The notes: a model not told the origin generated them from the letters alone. Shown: positions 9,267 through 21,605, numbered from the stretch's first letter. The stretch is DNA of 64,000 nucleotides from Clostridiaceae bacterium (GCA_012838135.1 DUPV01000042.1:31816-95815); one strand, 5' to 3'. Program-made: numbers and translations.

Positions 9267-10370
9267 ATGAAACTTATCTGCTCAAAAAATTTATTAAACG
9301 ATGCAATTTCCATGGCACAAAAAGCAATCGCAACTCGCTCTACCCTGCCGATTCTCGATGGTTTATTATTCGAAGCAGAAGGTGATACTTTAACAATTAC
9401 CGGATATGATTTAGAAACCGGAATTGAATGTAAGATAGATACAGATGTAATAATTCCCGGAAAAGTTGTATTAAATGCAAAAATGATCGGCGATATAGTA
9501 CGTAAATTACCGGAAGAAATTGTAAATATCGAAGTTGAAGCGAATTTTATCATCAAAATAACCAGCGGAAAAGCACAATTTAAGATTAAAGGAATTGAAG
9601 CAGAAGATTATCCTAAGATTCCGATTGTTGAAGAAGCTGAGCAAATGCAGGTTTCTCAACGTGTATTAAAAGAGATGATAAGCCAAACTATTTTTGCAGC
9701 AAGTTCAGATGAAAATAGACCTATTTTAAACGGAGTAAAAGTGGTTGCGGATAATAACAGGCTTGAATTGATTGCAATAGATGGCTTTCGTTTAGCTATT
9801 AGACGTGAAGAATTCAAAGAAGAATTGCCTGCAATGTCTTTTATTGTTCCTGCAAAAGCAATGCAAGAAGTTTCGGGAATTCTGGATCCGACTGATAATC
9901 CGGTTAAAATTTATCCTTCACATAATCATATATTATTTGATACAGGTTCAGTGAAGCTTGTTTCAAGATTATTGCAGGGTGAATATATGGACTATAATAA
10001 AGTTGTACCGAATGAAGTAATGAGTCAGGTTAAGTTAAGAACTAAAGATATGTTAAACGCGATTGATCGAGCTTCGTTGGTAATTAACGTCGAACAAAGA
10101 CGATTTCCGGTGACAGTTGAAAATTCAGATAAAGAGACTTTGATTATTTCATCACAAACGGACTTGGGTGAGGTTCATGAAGAAATACTGATTGATTTAG
10201 AAGGTGAAAATATTGACGCGGATTATAATCCGAAATACTTTTTGGATGCTTTGCGTAATATTCCGGTTGAAAGTATATATCTTGAATTTTCCGGAACATT
10301 CGGACCTTGTTTGATAAAACCTGTGGAGGGAGAACAATTTCTTTATCTGGTACTCCCCTTGCGCAGATAA
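9267..10370 (+). CDS. dnaN: DNA polymerase III beta clamp
   Basis: TLPILDG, RPILNG, AIDGFRLA, YLVLPLR; position after dnaA. Confidence 0.98.
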   Translation: MKLICSKNLLNDAISMAQKAIATRSTLPILDGLLFEAEGDTLTITGYDLETGIECKIDTDVIIPGKVVLNAKMIGDIVRKLPEEIVNIEVEANFIIKITSGKAQFKIKGIEAEDYPKIPIVEEAEQMQVSQRVLKEMISQTIFAASSDENRPILNGVKVVADNNRLELIAIDGFRLAIRREEFKEELPAMSFIVPAKAMQEVSGILDPTDNPVKIYPSHNHILFDTGSVKLVSRLLQGEYMDYNKVVPNEVMSQVKLRTKDMLNAIDRASLVINVEQRRFPVTVENSDKETLIISSQTDLGEVHEEILIDLEGENIDADYNPKYFLDALRNIPVESIYLEFSGTFGPCLIKPVEGEQFLYLVLPLRR

Positions 10371-10391
10371 TAAAAGATCTTTCTATCGTAG

Positions 10392-11900
10392 ATGAGAGTT
10401 AAACAAATTAAATTAAAAAACTTTCGTAACTATACGGAACAGACCATAGAAATTGCTTCAGGAACGAATGTATTTGTCGGACAGAATGCTCAAGGCAAAA
10501 CAAATATCCTCGAGGCAATTTATTTGTGTACTTGTGCCCGTTCCCATCGCACAGGTAAGGATAATGATTTAATCAAAGACGGTGCTGATTTTTATCAAGT
10601 AGAAATCCAATTTGAGTCAGATAAATCCGCTTTTGAGGACAAAGTAATTATTGAAGATAAATCTGTATTTGTTGAGAGATTGCTAATTAGTGATAAGTCT
10701 GCGATTGATAATCCAGAGTTGAATTATACAGAAAGCAAAGAGAAGAATATGGAACAATCACTATGTCTGAAAAAGTCATTAACTGAAGAAATTCGAATAG
10801 AATATAAAAAAAATCCGGTGATTGAAAGAAATATATATTATTGTGGTTTTAAGCAGGAAAAAATTAGTTCCTTAATCGGTCTTTTTCATGCAGTTATTTT
10901 TGCACCGGAAGATGTGATGTTAATTAAAGAAGGTCCTGCAGGCAGAAGGCGTTTTTTGGATTTATTAATATCGCAGATAAAACCGTTATATTTTAGAAAT
11001 TTACAACTTTATCAACAGTATCTCAAACAAAGAAATAATTTATTAAAAATATTAAGAGATATGCAACTTGATAAAAGAATGAACAGTGCGACTTATGATC
11101 CTGAAATCTATAATTTTAATTTACTACAATTAACAATTTGGACAGAACATTTAGCTAAAATATCAGCGCAAATTATCAGTACAAGACATAAATATGTTTT
11201 ACAAATTGAAGAATTTGCAATAAAAGCTTTAGAAAAAATATCTGAAGGCAAAGAAAAGCTTAAAATCAATTATAAAACTGTTGCCGGGATAGACCCAAAA
11301 CTTGATACTAATCAAATTTATGAAGGTTTAATGTATCGTTTTGAACGTCAACAAGAAGATGATATTCAACGTGGAAGTACCGGAAGTGGTTCGCATCGAG
11401 ATGATCTGGAATTAATTGTTGATAATAATTTACTCAAAGAACGCGGCTCACAGGGACAACAAAGATCTGCAGTATTAGCATTAAAATTGGCGGAATTGCA
11501 AATCATCGAAAATGAAACAAATCAAAAACCGGTCCTTCTCTTAGATGATGTAATGTCTGAATTGGATGACAAAAGAAGAACTCATTTGCTTTCTGCATTT
11601 GAGGATAATCAAGTTTTCATTACCTGTACCGACTTAGGACAAATTTATCCGGAATATAAAGGAAAATTATCGGATAAAGAAGAATTATCAGATAAAAAGG
11701 CATTATCAGATAATTTAAGTAAACAGAAAGATGAAGTTTTTGAAATTAATTCAACTGAGATATCAGATGAACAAAATTTATCAAATCTAAACAAGCCCAA
11801 AAACAAATTGAAAAACGATATTGAAAATAACTTAAACTACTCATATATCAACTTCTTCAAGGTTCATGAAGGTACCGTTAAACGTCAATATTTGTTATAA
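10392..11900 (+). CDS. recF: DNA replication/repair protein RecF, with insertions
   Basis: NFRNY, GQNAQGKTNILEAI, GPAGRRRFLD, GSQGQQR, LLLDDVMSELD. Confidence 0.97.
   Translation: MRVKQIKLKNFRNYTEQTIEIASGTNVFVGQNAQGKTNILEAIYLCTCARSHRTGKDNDLIKDGADFYQVEIQFESDKSAFEDKVIIEDKSVFVERLLISDKSAIDNPELNYTESKEKNMEQSLCLKKSLTEEIRIEYKKNPVIERNIYYCGFKQEKISSLIGLFHAVIFAPEDVMLIKEGPAGRRRFLDLLISQIKPLYFRNLQLYQQYLKQRNNLLKILRDMQLDKRMNSATYDPEIYNFNLLQLTIWTEHLAKISAQIISTRHKYVLQIEEFAIKALEKISEGKEKLKINYKTVAGIDPKLDTNQIYEGLMYRFERQQEDDIQRGSTGSGSHRDDLELIVDNNLLKERGSQGQQRSAVLALKLAELQIIENETNQKPVLLLDDVMSELDDKRRTHLLSAFEDNQVFITCTDLGQIYPEYKGKLSDKEELSDKKALSDNLSKQKDEVFEINSTEISDEQNLSNLNKPKNKLKNDIENNLNYSYINFFKVHEGTVKRQYLL
10620..10727 (+). 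repeat. Degenerate 36-bp tandem repeat within the recF insertion
   Basis: GATAA(A/G)TC at 10620, 10656 and 10692 (DKSAF/DKSVF/DKSAI). Confidence 0.6.
11665..11718 (+). repeat. 18-bp tandem repeat x3 in the recF C-terminal extension
   Basis: aattatcggataaagaag / aattatcagataaaaagg / cattatcagataatttaa. Confidence 0.75.
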
Positions 11901-12010
11901 TATAACTCATAATAATTTTTATAAACATTAATTAAAAGAAACAAAGATAAGAAAAAATTTTTATAGTTATCTAATTGAATAATTTTAATAACTATCGAGC
12001 GGAGGCCGAA

Positions 12011-12259
12011 TTGTACATTCATATTGGAGGCGAGTATACTCTTTCCGATAAATGGGTTGTGGGAATTTTTGATATAGATCAGACTACGACATACGGAACA
12101 GATACAAATAAATTTTTGAGTAAGCAAGAGCAACTTGGCAAGTTAGATATTGTATCACCTGAATTACCGAGATCTTTTATTGTAACTCTTGATAGAGTTT
12201 ATCTCTCACCTATTTCTGCAAAAACAATAGTGGCACGTTCATATCAAAAACAAACATAA
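12011..12259 (+). CDS. remB: DUF370 / RemB-like protein
   Basis: (M)YIHIGG...VGIFD...SFIVT...VYLSPISAKT; TTG start at 12011 with GGAGG at 12001; usual recF-gyrB position. Confidence 0.85.
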   Translation: MYIHIGGEYTLSDKWVVGIFDIDQTTTYGTDTNKFLSKQEQLGKLDIVSPELPRSFIVTLDRVYLSPISAKTIVARSYQKQT

Positions 12260-12500
12260 GTTCTTTTTAGTAAAAAATTTGTGCTTGCCATATTAGTTTA
12301 TGTGTAATTCTTTTTATGTGATATATAACGAATTAACAAGATTAATAATAAACTGAATGTTTAATGAGTAGTTTGAATGAATAATACAGATATATCTTAA
12401 TTCGACAGGATAAATAAAAATTTTTTGATTATATATATGAAAAATATTATTGAGATAGATATATTATAAGAAAGAAGAAAGGTCCTAAAGGTTTTGATAA

Positions 12501-14666
<2,166 letters not shown>

Positions 14667-14747
14667 ATGAATAATGGCAATCGTGCATTAAATAAAAGTC
14701 TGGCAATCTGATTGCTACAGAGTCATCAGTTAATAGATAATCATTTT

Positions 14748-14783
14748 ACCACTCCAATAATATCTTTGGAGTGGTTTTTGTTT
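14748..14783 (+). terminator. Rho-independent terminator after gyrB
   Basis: ACCACTCCAA-loop-TTGGAGTGGT followed by a T tract. Confidence 0.85.
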
Positions 14784-14794
14784 CACGTGAAACA
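14779..14794. promoter_or_regulatory. parS site
   Basis: Perfect TGTTTCACGTGAAACA. Confidence 0.95.
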
Positions 14795-15116
14795 ATTAAT
14801 GCAAAAAAAGAGAGAGTTATAATTTTTATCAATAATATTTACTGAAAAAGACGAATTTTGTTTTTCTAAGAGAGTTAAACAACATTTTTTATTTTATCTT
14901 TGAATGTAAACAATGTTTTAACACAATTAATTTTCGCATGAGTATTCAAGAATTAGAGATTAATATCGAATATTGATTGAGATTTTCTAAGTTTTATTCG
15001 TGTTTGCCAATTATTTTAAAGATAATAGAAATGAATTCTGCTAAAATTATATATGTTGGTTAGAATAAATGAAGAAATTTTACCTAAATCAGCAATTAAT
15101 TCTTTAGGAGCATTTT

Positions 15117-15899
15117 ATGATTATTTCAATAGTAAATCAAAAAGGTGGTGTTGGCAAAACAACTACAGCTGTAAATCTGGCAGATAATCTAGCTAGAATT
15201 AAACAGAAAACATTGTTAATTGATCTTGATCCCCAGGGAAATACAACTTCGAGTTTTGGTTTTGATAAAAACACACAAGAAGCAACGATTTATGATACTA
15301 TTATCAACCAAAAACCGATTGAAGAAATAGTATTAAAAAATGTTAGAAAGAATTTAGATGTTATACCTTCAAATATTGATTTAGCAGGTGCTGAAGTCGA
15401 AATGGTTTCAATTGTTTCACGTGAAACAATTCTTAAACAAGCCTTGGAACCAATAAAGCAAGAATACGAAATTATTATTATTGATTGCCCTCCTTCTTTG
15501 GGACTGTTAACAGTAAATGCTCTAACTGCATCAGATTCTTTAATAATACCAATTCAAGCTGAATATTATGCATTAGAGGGGTTGAGTCAATTGCTTGATA
15601 CTATCGGAATGATTCATGAAAATTTGAATCCTGAATTATTTGTGTTAGGTGTTTTAGTCACGATGTTTGATACCAGAACACAATTATCACACCAAGTAAC
15701 AAACGAAATAAATAATTTCTTCAGTGATTTAGTTTTTGATACTGTAATACCTCGAAATGTCAGATTAAGTGAGGCACCAAGTTTCGGTTTACCGATTCAA
15801 GAACATGATAAATGGTCTAAAGGAGCCAGAAGTTATAAAGCACTGGCTAAAGAAGTAGTTAAAAGAGTTAAAAATAAACCTCGCGACTTATTCGGATGA
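15117..15899 (+). CDS. parA: Chromosome partitioning ATPase Soj/ParA
   Basis: NQKGGVGKTTT, IDLDPQGN, IDCPPSLG, IPRNVRLSEAPS. Confidence 0.97.
   Translation: MIISIVNQKGGVGKTTTAVNLADNLARIKQKTLLIDLDPQGNTTSSFGFDKNTQEATIYDTIINQKPIEEIVLKNVRKNLDVIPSNIDLAGAEVEMVSIVSRETILKQALEPIKQEYEIIIIDCPPSLGLLTVNALTASDSLIIPIQAEYYALEGLSQLLDTIGMIHENLNPELFVLGVLVTMFDTRTQLSHQVTNEINNFFSDLVFDTVIPRNVRLSEAPSFGLPIQEHDKWSKGARSYKALAKEVVKRVKNKPRDLFG
15413..15428. promoter_or_regulatory. parS site inside the parA coding sequence
   Basis: Perfect TGTTTCACGTGAAACA; palindrome extends 15410-15431; encodes VSRET. Confidence 0.93.
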
Positions 15900-15992
15900 C
15901 AGGAAAAAATAATTAAAAAACGATCAGAAAGTATGTTGTACATATTTGCTTTATTTTCAGATTAGAATCAAGACAGATATAGGAGAGAATTA

Positions 15993-16886
15993 ATGTCAGC
16001 GGTAAATAAAAAACAGACAGGACTAGGTAAAGGTTTAGGAGCTTTATTAGGCCAAACTGAAAAACAATTTCAACAAGCCTCAAAAAGTGTAGAAAAAATA
16101 ATTGAATTAGATATAGAAGAGATCAGCCCTAATAAAGATCAGCCAAGATATAAATTTGATCAAGAAAAACTAGAAGAACTTGCTCAATCGATTAAACAAC
16201 ATGGCATCCTTCAACCAATAATTGTTACCTTTAAAGAAAGCCCGGATCATTATAAGATTATTGCCGGCGAAAGACGCTGGCGAGCTGCCAGAATTGCCGG
16301 TTTAAAAACTGTACCGGCAATAATTAGAGATGTTGAAGATCATCTGATTCTTCAACATTCAATTATTGAAAACATTCAAAGAGAAAATTTAAATCCTGTA
16401 GAAGAAACAAATGCATTTCATGATTTAATGAGTCAATATAATATGACGCAAGAAGAATTAGCCAAGACTTTAGGCAAAAGCAGATCAGCTGTAGCTAATA
16501 CTCTTCGTTTAAAAAATTTGCCGGAAGAAGTTCTAAATGAATTGGCTTCTGCAAATATTTCAGCAGGACATGCCAGGTGTTTATTATCTCTTACTGAGAC
16601 TGAGGATCAAATAAACACATGCAAATTAATTGTTGAAAATGATTTAAGTGTTAGAGAAACGGAAGCCTATGTAAAGAAATTGAATGAACCTGTTACTAAG
16701 TCTAAACCCAAAAAAGAAAAGGACATTGAGTATCAATTAAGTATCAAAAAAATTGAAACAGATCTTTCGAAATCATTGGGAACCAGAGTTAAGCTAAAAG
16801 ATAATGCAGGCAAGGGACAAATAATAATTCCCTATAATAATAATGATGAATTAAGTAGGCTTATAGATATTTTATCTGAAAAATAA
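15993..16886 (+). CDS. parB: Chromosome partitioning protein Spo0J/ParB
   Basis: GLGKGLGALL, QPR, IIAGERRWRAA, IENIQRENLN, HTH GKSRSAVAN. Confidence 0.97.
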   Translation: MSAVNKKQTGLGKGLGALLGQTEKQFQQASKSVEKIIELDIEEISPNKDQPRYKFDQEKLEELAQSIKQHGILQPIIVTFKESPDHYKIIAGERRWRAARIAGLKTVPAIIRDVEDHLILQHSIIENIQRENLNPVEETNAFHDLMSQYNMTQEELAKTLGKSRSAVANTLRLKNLPEEVLNELASANISAGHARCLLSLTETEDQINTCKLIVENDLSVRETEAYVKKLNEPVTKSKPKKEKDIEYQLSIKKIETDLSKSLGTRVKLKDNAGKGQIIIPYNNNDELSRLIDILSEK

Positions 16887-17203
16887 TATTGTGAATTATA
16901 TTAATATTCTATAATCGTTTTTTATATTTAACTATAACAAATAAAAACAAATGTTCTTTTTGCTGAATACTCTTTTTGATTTCGCTGTTGCAGACAATGC
17001 TTTATAAAATGTATTTAAAATGATAAAAACAATCAGACAAAAGCAACTTGCTTAATTGGTCAGAAGTGATAACAATCTTAAAAAGTGAATTTTGTAAATC
17101 CGGAGATTATTGATTATATATTATAAAGATATAAAAATACTTGTTGAACAGGTCATTTTTAGATAAATATTTTCAAATATAGATTTTTAATATAAGGAAT
17201 TTA

Positions 17204-17246
17204 AAAAGCAATAGTGTAAGTAATAAATTTGCACTATTGCTTTTAT
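17204..17246. terminator. Bidirectional Rho-independent terminator between parB and the nitroreductase gene
   Basis: AAAAGCAATAGTG...CACTATTGCTTTT hairpin between convergent genes. Confidence 0.8.
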
Positions 17247-17285
17247 GTACGCCCGACATGTAATCAATGACTGGGGGCCTCCCCG
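17247..17285 (+). mobile_element. 5' remnant of a class C (IIC) group II intron
   Basis: GTACGCCCGACATG immediately after a terminator stem and T tract; resembles the IIC 5' end GTGCGCCCGGCATG; no RT ORF follows. Confidence 0.55.
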
Positions 17286-17345
17286 ATTTTAAGTATCTTA
17301 TTAATTACTTGCTGAACATGCTAGAATCCGTGCAGATAAAATATT

Positions 17346-17888
17346 CTAATAAAATTCTCTTATTTGCTTACGATTAAGTTCATGCGGCGATTTTTTTGAA
17401 TTTGCATAACCGACAGCAACTGAGAGACAGAAATATTCATCATCAGCCATATCTAAACGGTTTTTAAGATTGTTGGGGTTGGTTTCAGCAAAAGCAGGTG
17501 CAGCCATACCTATAATGCATGAACCAAGACCGAGAGATTCTGATGCTAAACAAAGACTTTGTGCAACAATGCCTGCATTCATCTCTGAATAAACAGTTTT
17601 AGGTGAACTCAAGACAAAGATAGTTGGAGCATTATAAAAAATGTTGTCTGCATTTCTTTCTTGCATTCTTTGTTTTGTCTTTTCGTTCATCAAACGAAAA
17701 CATTCTTGAGAAATATTATGAATCAGATTTTTGTCTTGAATGACGTTTATCTTTAAATCTTGCAAATTAATTGCCGTTGGTGAGGCTAATGCGGCATTAA
17801 CCAGACAATCTAATTCTTCATTTTTTATTTGTGTTTTTTTAAAATCACGACAGCTGCTTCTTTTTTTTATAGCAGATAAAACGTCCAT
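17346..17888 (-). CDS. Nitroreductase family protein
   Basis: IKKRSSCRDF, SPTAINLQ, SLGLGSCIIG, VAVGY. Confidence 0.92.
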   Translation of the reverse strand: MDVLSAIKKRSSCRDFKKTQIKNEELDCLVNAALASPTAINLQDLKINVIQDKNLIHNISQECFRLMNEKTKQRMQERNADNIFYNAPTIFVLSSPKTVYSEMNAGIVAQSLCLASESLGLGSCIIGMAAPAFAETNPNNLKNRLDMADDEYFCLSVAVGYANSKKSPHELNRKQIREFY

Positions 17889-18597
17889 AAAGATACCTCC
17901 TAGAATAATGTTATGTTCTGTTAACTTAAAAATTCATCTTTAGTTAACAGAGCCTTATTTCATTATAATTATATCATTTAACAAGTTTTACTTAACGAAT
18001 GATTTACTATATTAATTAAACTATTTATTAAAGACCTGACATAAATAATAAATTATTCTATCTTTAAAAAATTGTATAACTCATAACAATAGAGCATCCA
18101 AAAGAGAATAAGAATATATGTTAATAGCCAAGCAAACACGTAACGACAACATGATGAAATTCAAAACTGCCAATAACATTGATTAAATAAAATTTCTGAA
18201 TTTGATGATCGTTTTTATTAGCAGAATAAAGAGGTAAGTTATAAGATAAAATCAAATATGAGTTACAATTGATTTTGAAAGAATAAAACAAAAATAGACA
18301 ATGGCTATCAAAAAACAATTTAATATAATACAATATATAATAATTCTATTCGAAAATATAGTATATTTTAAAAAATGATTTAGTATATCTACAAAAAGTG
18401 ATTGTTGAAAAGAAACCGGTTATTAATAGTTACGGGAACTTTCATATATGGAATCACCAACGGAATTGCCGCGATAGAAGTATATGATCTATTATTAATT
18501 ATAAATATTAAATAATCTGAAAAGATAATAAAGATAATCATGTATAATAAGCATTATCTTTTTAAATATTAATTTCATATTAAGACAGGAGACAAAC

Positions 18598-18894
18598 ATG
18601 GTTGAATCAACAATTTATATAAGAAACAAAACAGGTTTACACTTGAGACCGGCAACAGAACTTTCACAATTATGTGCTAAATTGGATTCGAATCTTAAAT
18701 TTGTATTTGGCGACAAACACATAAATCCGAAAAGCGTATTGATGCTATTGGGTGCAGGGATCAAACAAGGATCAAAAATTTTGATTCAAGTCGAAGGACC
18801 AAATGAGGTTGAAGATTTAAAAACAATCGAAGATGCTATTAATAGCGGTTTCGGTGAAGATATGATTCCTTTAGACGAAATTGTTGATGAATAA
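18598..18894 (+). CDS. HPr family phosphocarrier protein
   Basis: GLHLRPA (His15) and NPKSVLML (Ser46). Confidence 0.9.
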   Translation: MVESTIYIRNKTGLHLRPATELSQLCAKLDSNLKFVFGDKHINPKSVLMLLGAGIKQGSKILIQVEGPNEVEDLKTIEDAINSGFGEDMIPLDEIVDE

Positions 18895-20494
18895 GGAAAT
18901 AAAAATACCTTGGTATAAAAAAGGGGATATTGATGCCGGGCTAGGTACATTTTTTGATAGTTTTAGCAAAATCATCATAGCTGTTCCGATTTTGACCGGT
19001 GTCTTAAATATGTCAAAACAACTGGTTTTTGGAAAAGTTGTGGCGGCAACCGGCTTTACGGTATTCATTTTTTCTTTATTCAATACATTATTTGCCAGAA
19101 ATTTAGGTAAAAAAACACAAAACAAGGATATAACAGCTTTATTCGGTGGCATTTCGGGAACGACACTCTTTGTCTGGCTGAATGCAGTTATGTTGCCTAC
19201 ATATTTTGCCAGCCGGGATTCGACATTTGCTTGGTCGGTAGCGGTTGGAGTTTCGCTGATATATTCTGTCTTGCAGCTGATCTTATCATTGGTTTTCAGC
19301 TCTGTTTTTAAATTTATTCCACGAGAAGCTCTAATGGGTGCTACAGTAGGCGGAGCTTTGACCTGGATGATTCTTTCCCCAATGGGAGAAGCCTTTACAA
19401 CTCCTTGGGTGATAATACCTACACTATTTATATTATTTACTTTTTATTTCGGAGAAATAAAACCGAAATTCGGTTCTCCTGCTTTAATAGCCATCGGTAT
19501 CGGTACAATTATTGCATGGATAAGTGGAGCAATGCATGTTGATAATCTGAGGGAATCTTTTGCAAACCTGAATTTCTATTTACCTAGTTTTCAATTTGGT
19601 ATTCTCACAAATGAAGCATTGCAAATTGCATTAAATTATTTACCGTTAATTTTAGCGTATTTGCTTGCTGAATTAACCGCAGATATGCAAGCATTTGCAC
19701 AAGCTGAAGAAAGCAAAGAAATATATCCGGCACGCACAGCCTTGGTAGGTCTTTCTTTGAGTAATTTAATAGGTTCATTATTAGGCAGTCCGTTTCTTTT
19801 AAATTATTATTGGGGACATCCTGCTTGGAAAAAAGCAGAAGCCGGATCAAGTTATCCGCTATTTTCCGGCACAGCACATTTAGTCTTATGTTTGACCGGA
19901 TTAGTTGCTGTAGTCACTTCGTTAATTCCAGTCAGCGCTTCGTTGGTTATGCTGGTCTATATCGGAATAGTATCCGGTGCGGGAGCATTTGCGACCGGAC
20001 GCAAACGTTATTACGGTGCGATGATGCTAGGCGTTGCGATTCCGCTTTTTGAGCTGGTTAATAATAAGATATTTTCAGTAATGAATGTGATGGTCAATTT
20101 TTCAGAAAACAGCTCAGATTTAATTATTGAACAAACTGCTGATGGCTTAATGAGTACAAGTGATGGTTCATCAGCAATTATCGTGTCAAAATTGGCAGAA
20201 GCAGGCTATGCGGAAGGTTTTATTACACTTGCTCAAGGTGCCATGACCATTGCAATTTTATATGCATCAATTCTATATCTGCTTATCGATCACAATTGGC
20301 TCAAAACATCAGCTTTCTTTCTGGTAGCGACAATATTCTCCTTTTTCGGTTTAATCCATGCGAAAGAACTTACAATCAATGCAAATCCCGCTCTCAGCTT
20401 AACTTATCTGGGCTTAGCAATTATATTTTTGATAATATGGCTGATTTCAAAGCGCAAGAAACGAAAGAAACTTAACATGAAGAAACAGGTTTAA
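18887..20494 (+). CDS. NCS2/xanthine-uracil-like multi-pass permease
   Basis: Many TM helices, WYKKGDIDAGLGTFFD N-terminus, YWGHPAWKK and FSFFGLIH motifs; ATG overlaps the HPr stop codon. Confidence 0.65.
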   Translation: MNKEIKIPWYKKGDIDAGLGTFFDSFSKIIIAVPILTGVLNMSKQLVFGKVVAATGFTVFIFSLFNTLFARNLGKKTQNKDITALFGGISGTTLFVWLNAVMLPTYFASRDSTFAWSVAVGVSLIYSVLQLILSLVFSSVFKFIPREALMGATVGGALTWMILSPMGEAFTTPWVIIPTLFILFTFYFGEIKPKFGSPALIAIGIGTIIAWISGAMHVDNLRESFANLNFYLPSFQFGILTNEALQIALNYLPLILAYLLAELTADMQAFAQAEESKEIYPARTALVGLSLSNLIGSLLGSPFLLNYYWGHPAWKKAEAGSSYPLFSGTAHLVLCLTGLVAVVTSLIPVSASLVMLVYIGIVSGAGAFATGRKRYYGAMMLGVAIPLFELVNNKIFSVMNVMVNFSENSSDLIIEQTADGLMSTSDGSSAIIVSKLAEAGYAEGFITLAQGAMTIAILYASILYLLIDHNWLKTSAFFLVATIFSFFGLIHAKELTINANPALSLTYLGLAIIFLIIWLISKRKKRKKLNMKKQV

Positions 20495-20692
20495 GTTTTT
20501 CAATCCAAAAACTAGAAAGTAGATAACAATACAGCCATTTAATGATGATAGCCGGATTTAAAGGAGCATACTATTCTTAAAGAAAATCCAAATAATTTAT
20601 TTGTATATTCGACTTGTTATTTTAGAAAAGATAAACTAGTTTAGTAAATATAGCATTCAATTAAATAGAGATTTCTTGCGAGGAGAAAAACA

Positions 20693-21562
20693 ATGAAATA
20701 TGGAATTTATTATGCGTATTGGGAAAAAGAATGGGGAGGAGATTTCTGCAACTATATCTCAAAAGTTAAAAAATTAGGTTTTGATATTCTCGAAGTAGCT
20801 TGTGGAGATTTTCATACGAAAAAGTTGGAATACTTTAAGGAAGCACGAAAAATTGCCGAAGCTGAAAACATTCTTTTTACTGGTGGATATGGTCCAAGAC
20901 CCGAACACAATTTAGCATCTGAAGATGAAAAATTAGTTGAAAAAGCATTTGATTTCTGGAAAGATTGCTTTGAGAAAATGGCAACAGCAGGTATTTATTC
21001 AATAGGTGGTGCCCTATACTCTTATTGGCCGGTAGATTTCAAGGCCGGATTTGACAAAGAAGCAGACAAAGCAAGAAGTATTGAGCGAATGAAACAATTA
21101 GCGGATATAGCTGCCGAATATGAAATTACCTTAAACATGGAGGTTTTGAATCGCTTTGAAGGTTATATGATTAATACATGCGAAGAAGGTATGGATTACG
21201 TTAAAAAAGTAGATAAACCGAATGTTAAGATCATGCTGGACACATTCCATATGAATATTGAAGAAGAGTCAATGACAGAGCCGATCATAAAAGCCGGATC
21301 TCACTTGGGAAACTTTCATGTAGGAGAAGCGAATAGAAAACCGCCATATCAAGGAAGCAGAATGCCTTGGGAAGAAATGGGAAAAGCCCTGAAAGAAATC
21401 GGTTATAACGGATCAATTGTTATGGAACCATTTGTTGTAAGAGGCGGAAAAGTAGGTCAGGATATTTCAGTCTGGCGAGATATTGTTGCTGATACATCTG
21501 AAAAATCATTAGACAAGGCAGCTTCTGATTCTGTTAAATTTTTACGTGATTTATGGGGATAG
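20693..21562 (+). CDS. dpe: D-psicose/D-tagatose 3-epimerase
   Basis: MKYGIYYAYWEKEW, GGALYSYWP, MEVLNRFE, MLDTFHMNIEE, FHVGEANRK, VMEPFV (all metal/catalytic residues present). Confidence 0.9.
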   Translation: MKYGIYYAYWEKEWGGDFCNYISKVKKLGFDILEVACGDFHTKKLEYFKEARKIAEAENILFTGGYGPRPEHNLASEDEKLVEKAFDFWKDCFEKMATAGIYSIGGALYSYWPVDFKAGFDKEADKARSIERMKQLADIAAEYEITLNMEVLNRFEGYMINTCEEGMDYVKKVDKPNVKIMLDTFHMNIEEESMTEPIIKAGSHLGNFHVGEANRKPPYQGSRMPWEEMGKALKEIGYNGSIVMEPFVVRGGKVGQDISVWRDIVADTSEKSLDKAASDSVKFLRDLWG

Positions 21563-21605
21563 TAAATAATTAAGTAAATCTTATAGTTTCCGGGAAATTT
21601 TTACA

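Noticed and set aside
18405-18425. AGAAACCGGTTATT as a cre/LacI operator
   Set aside because: Imperfect match, and CCGG is over-abundant throughout this sequence.
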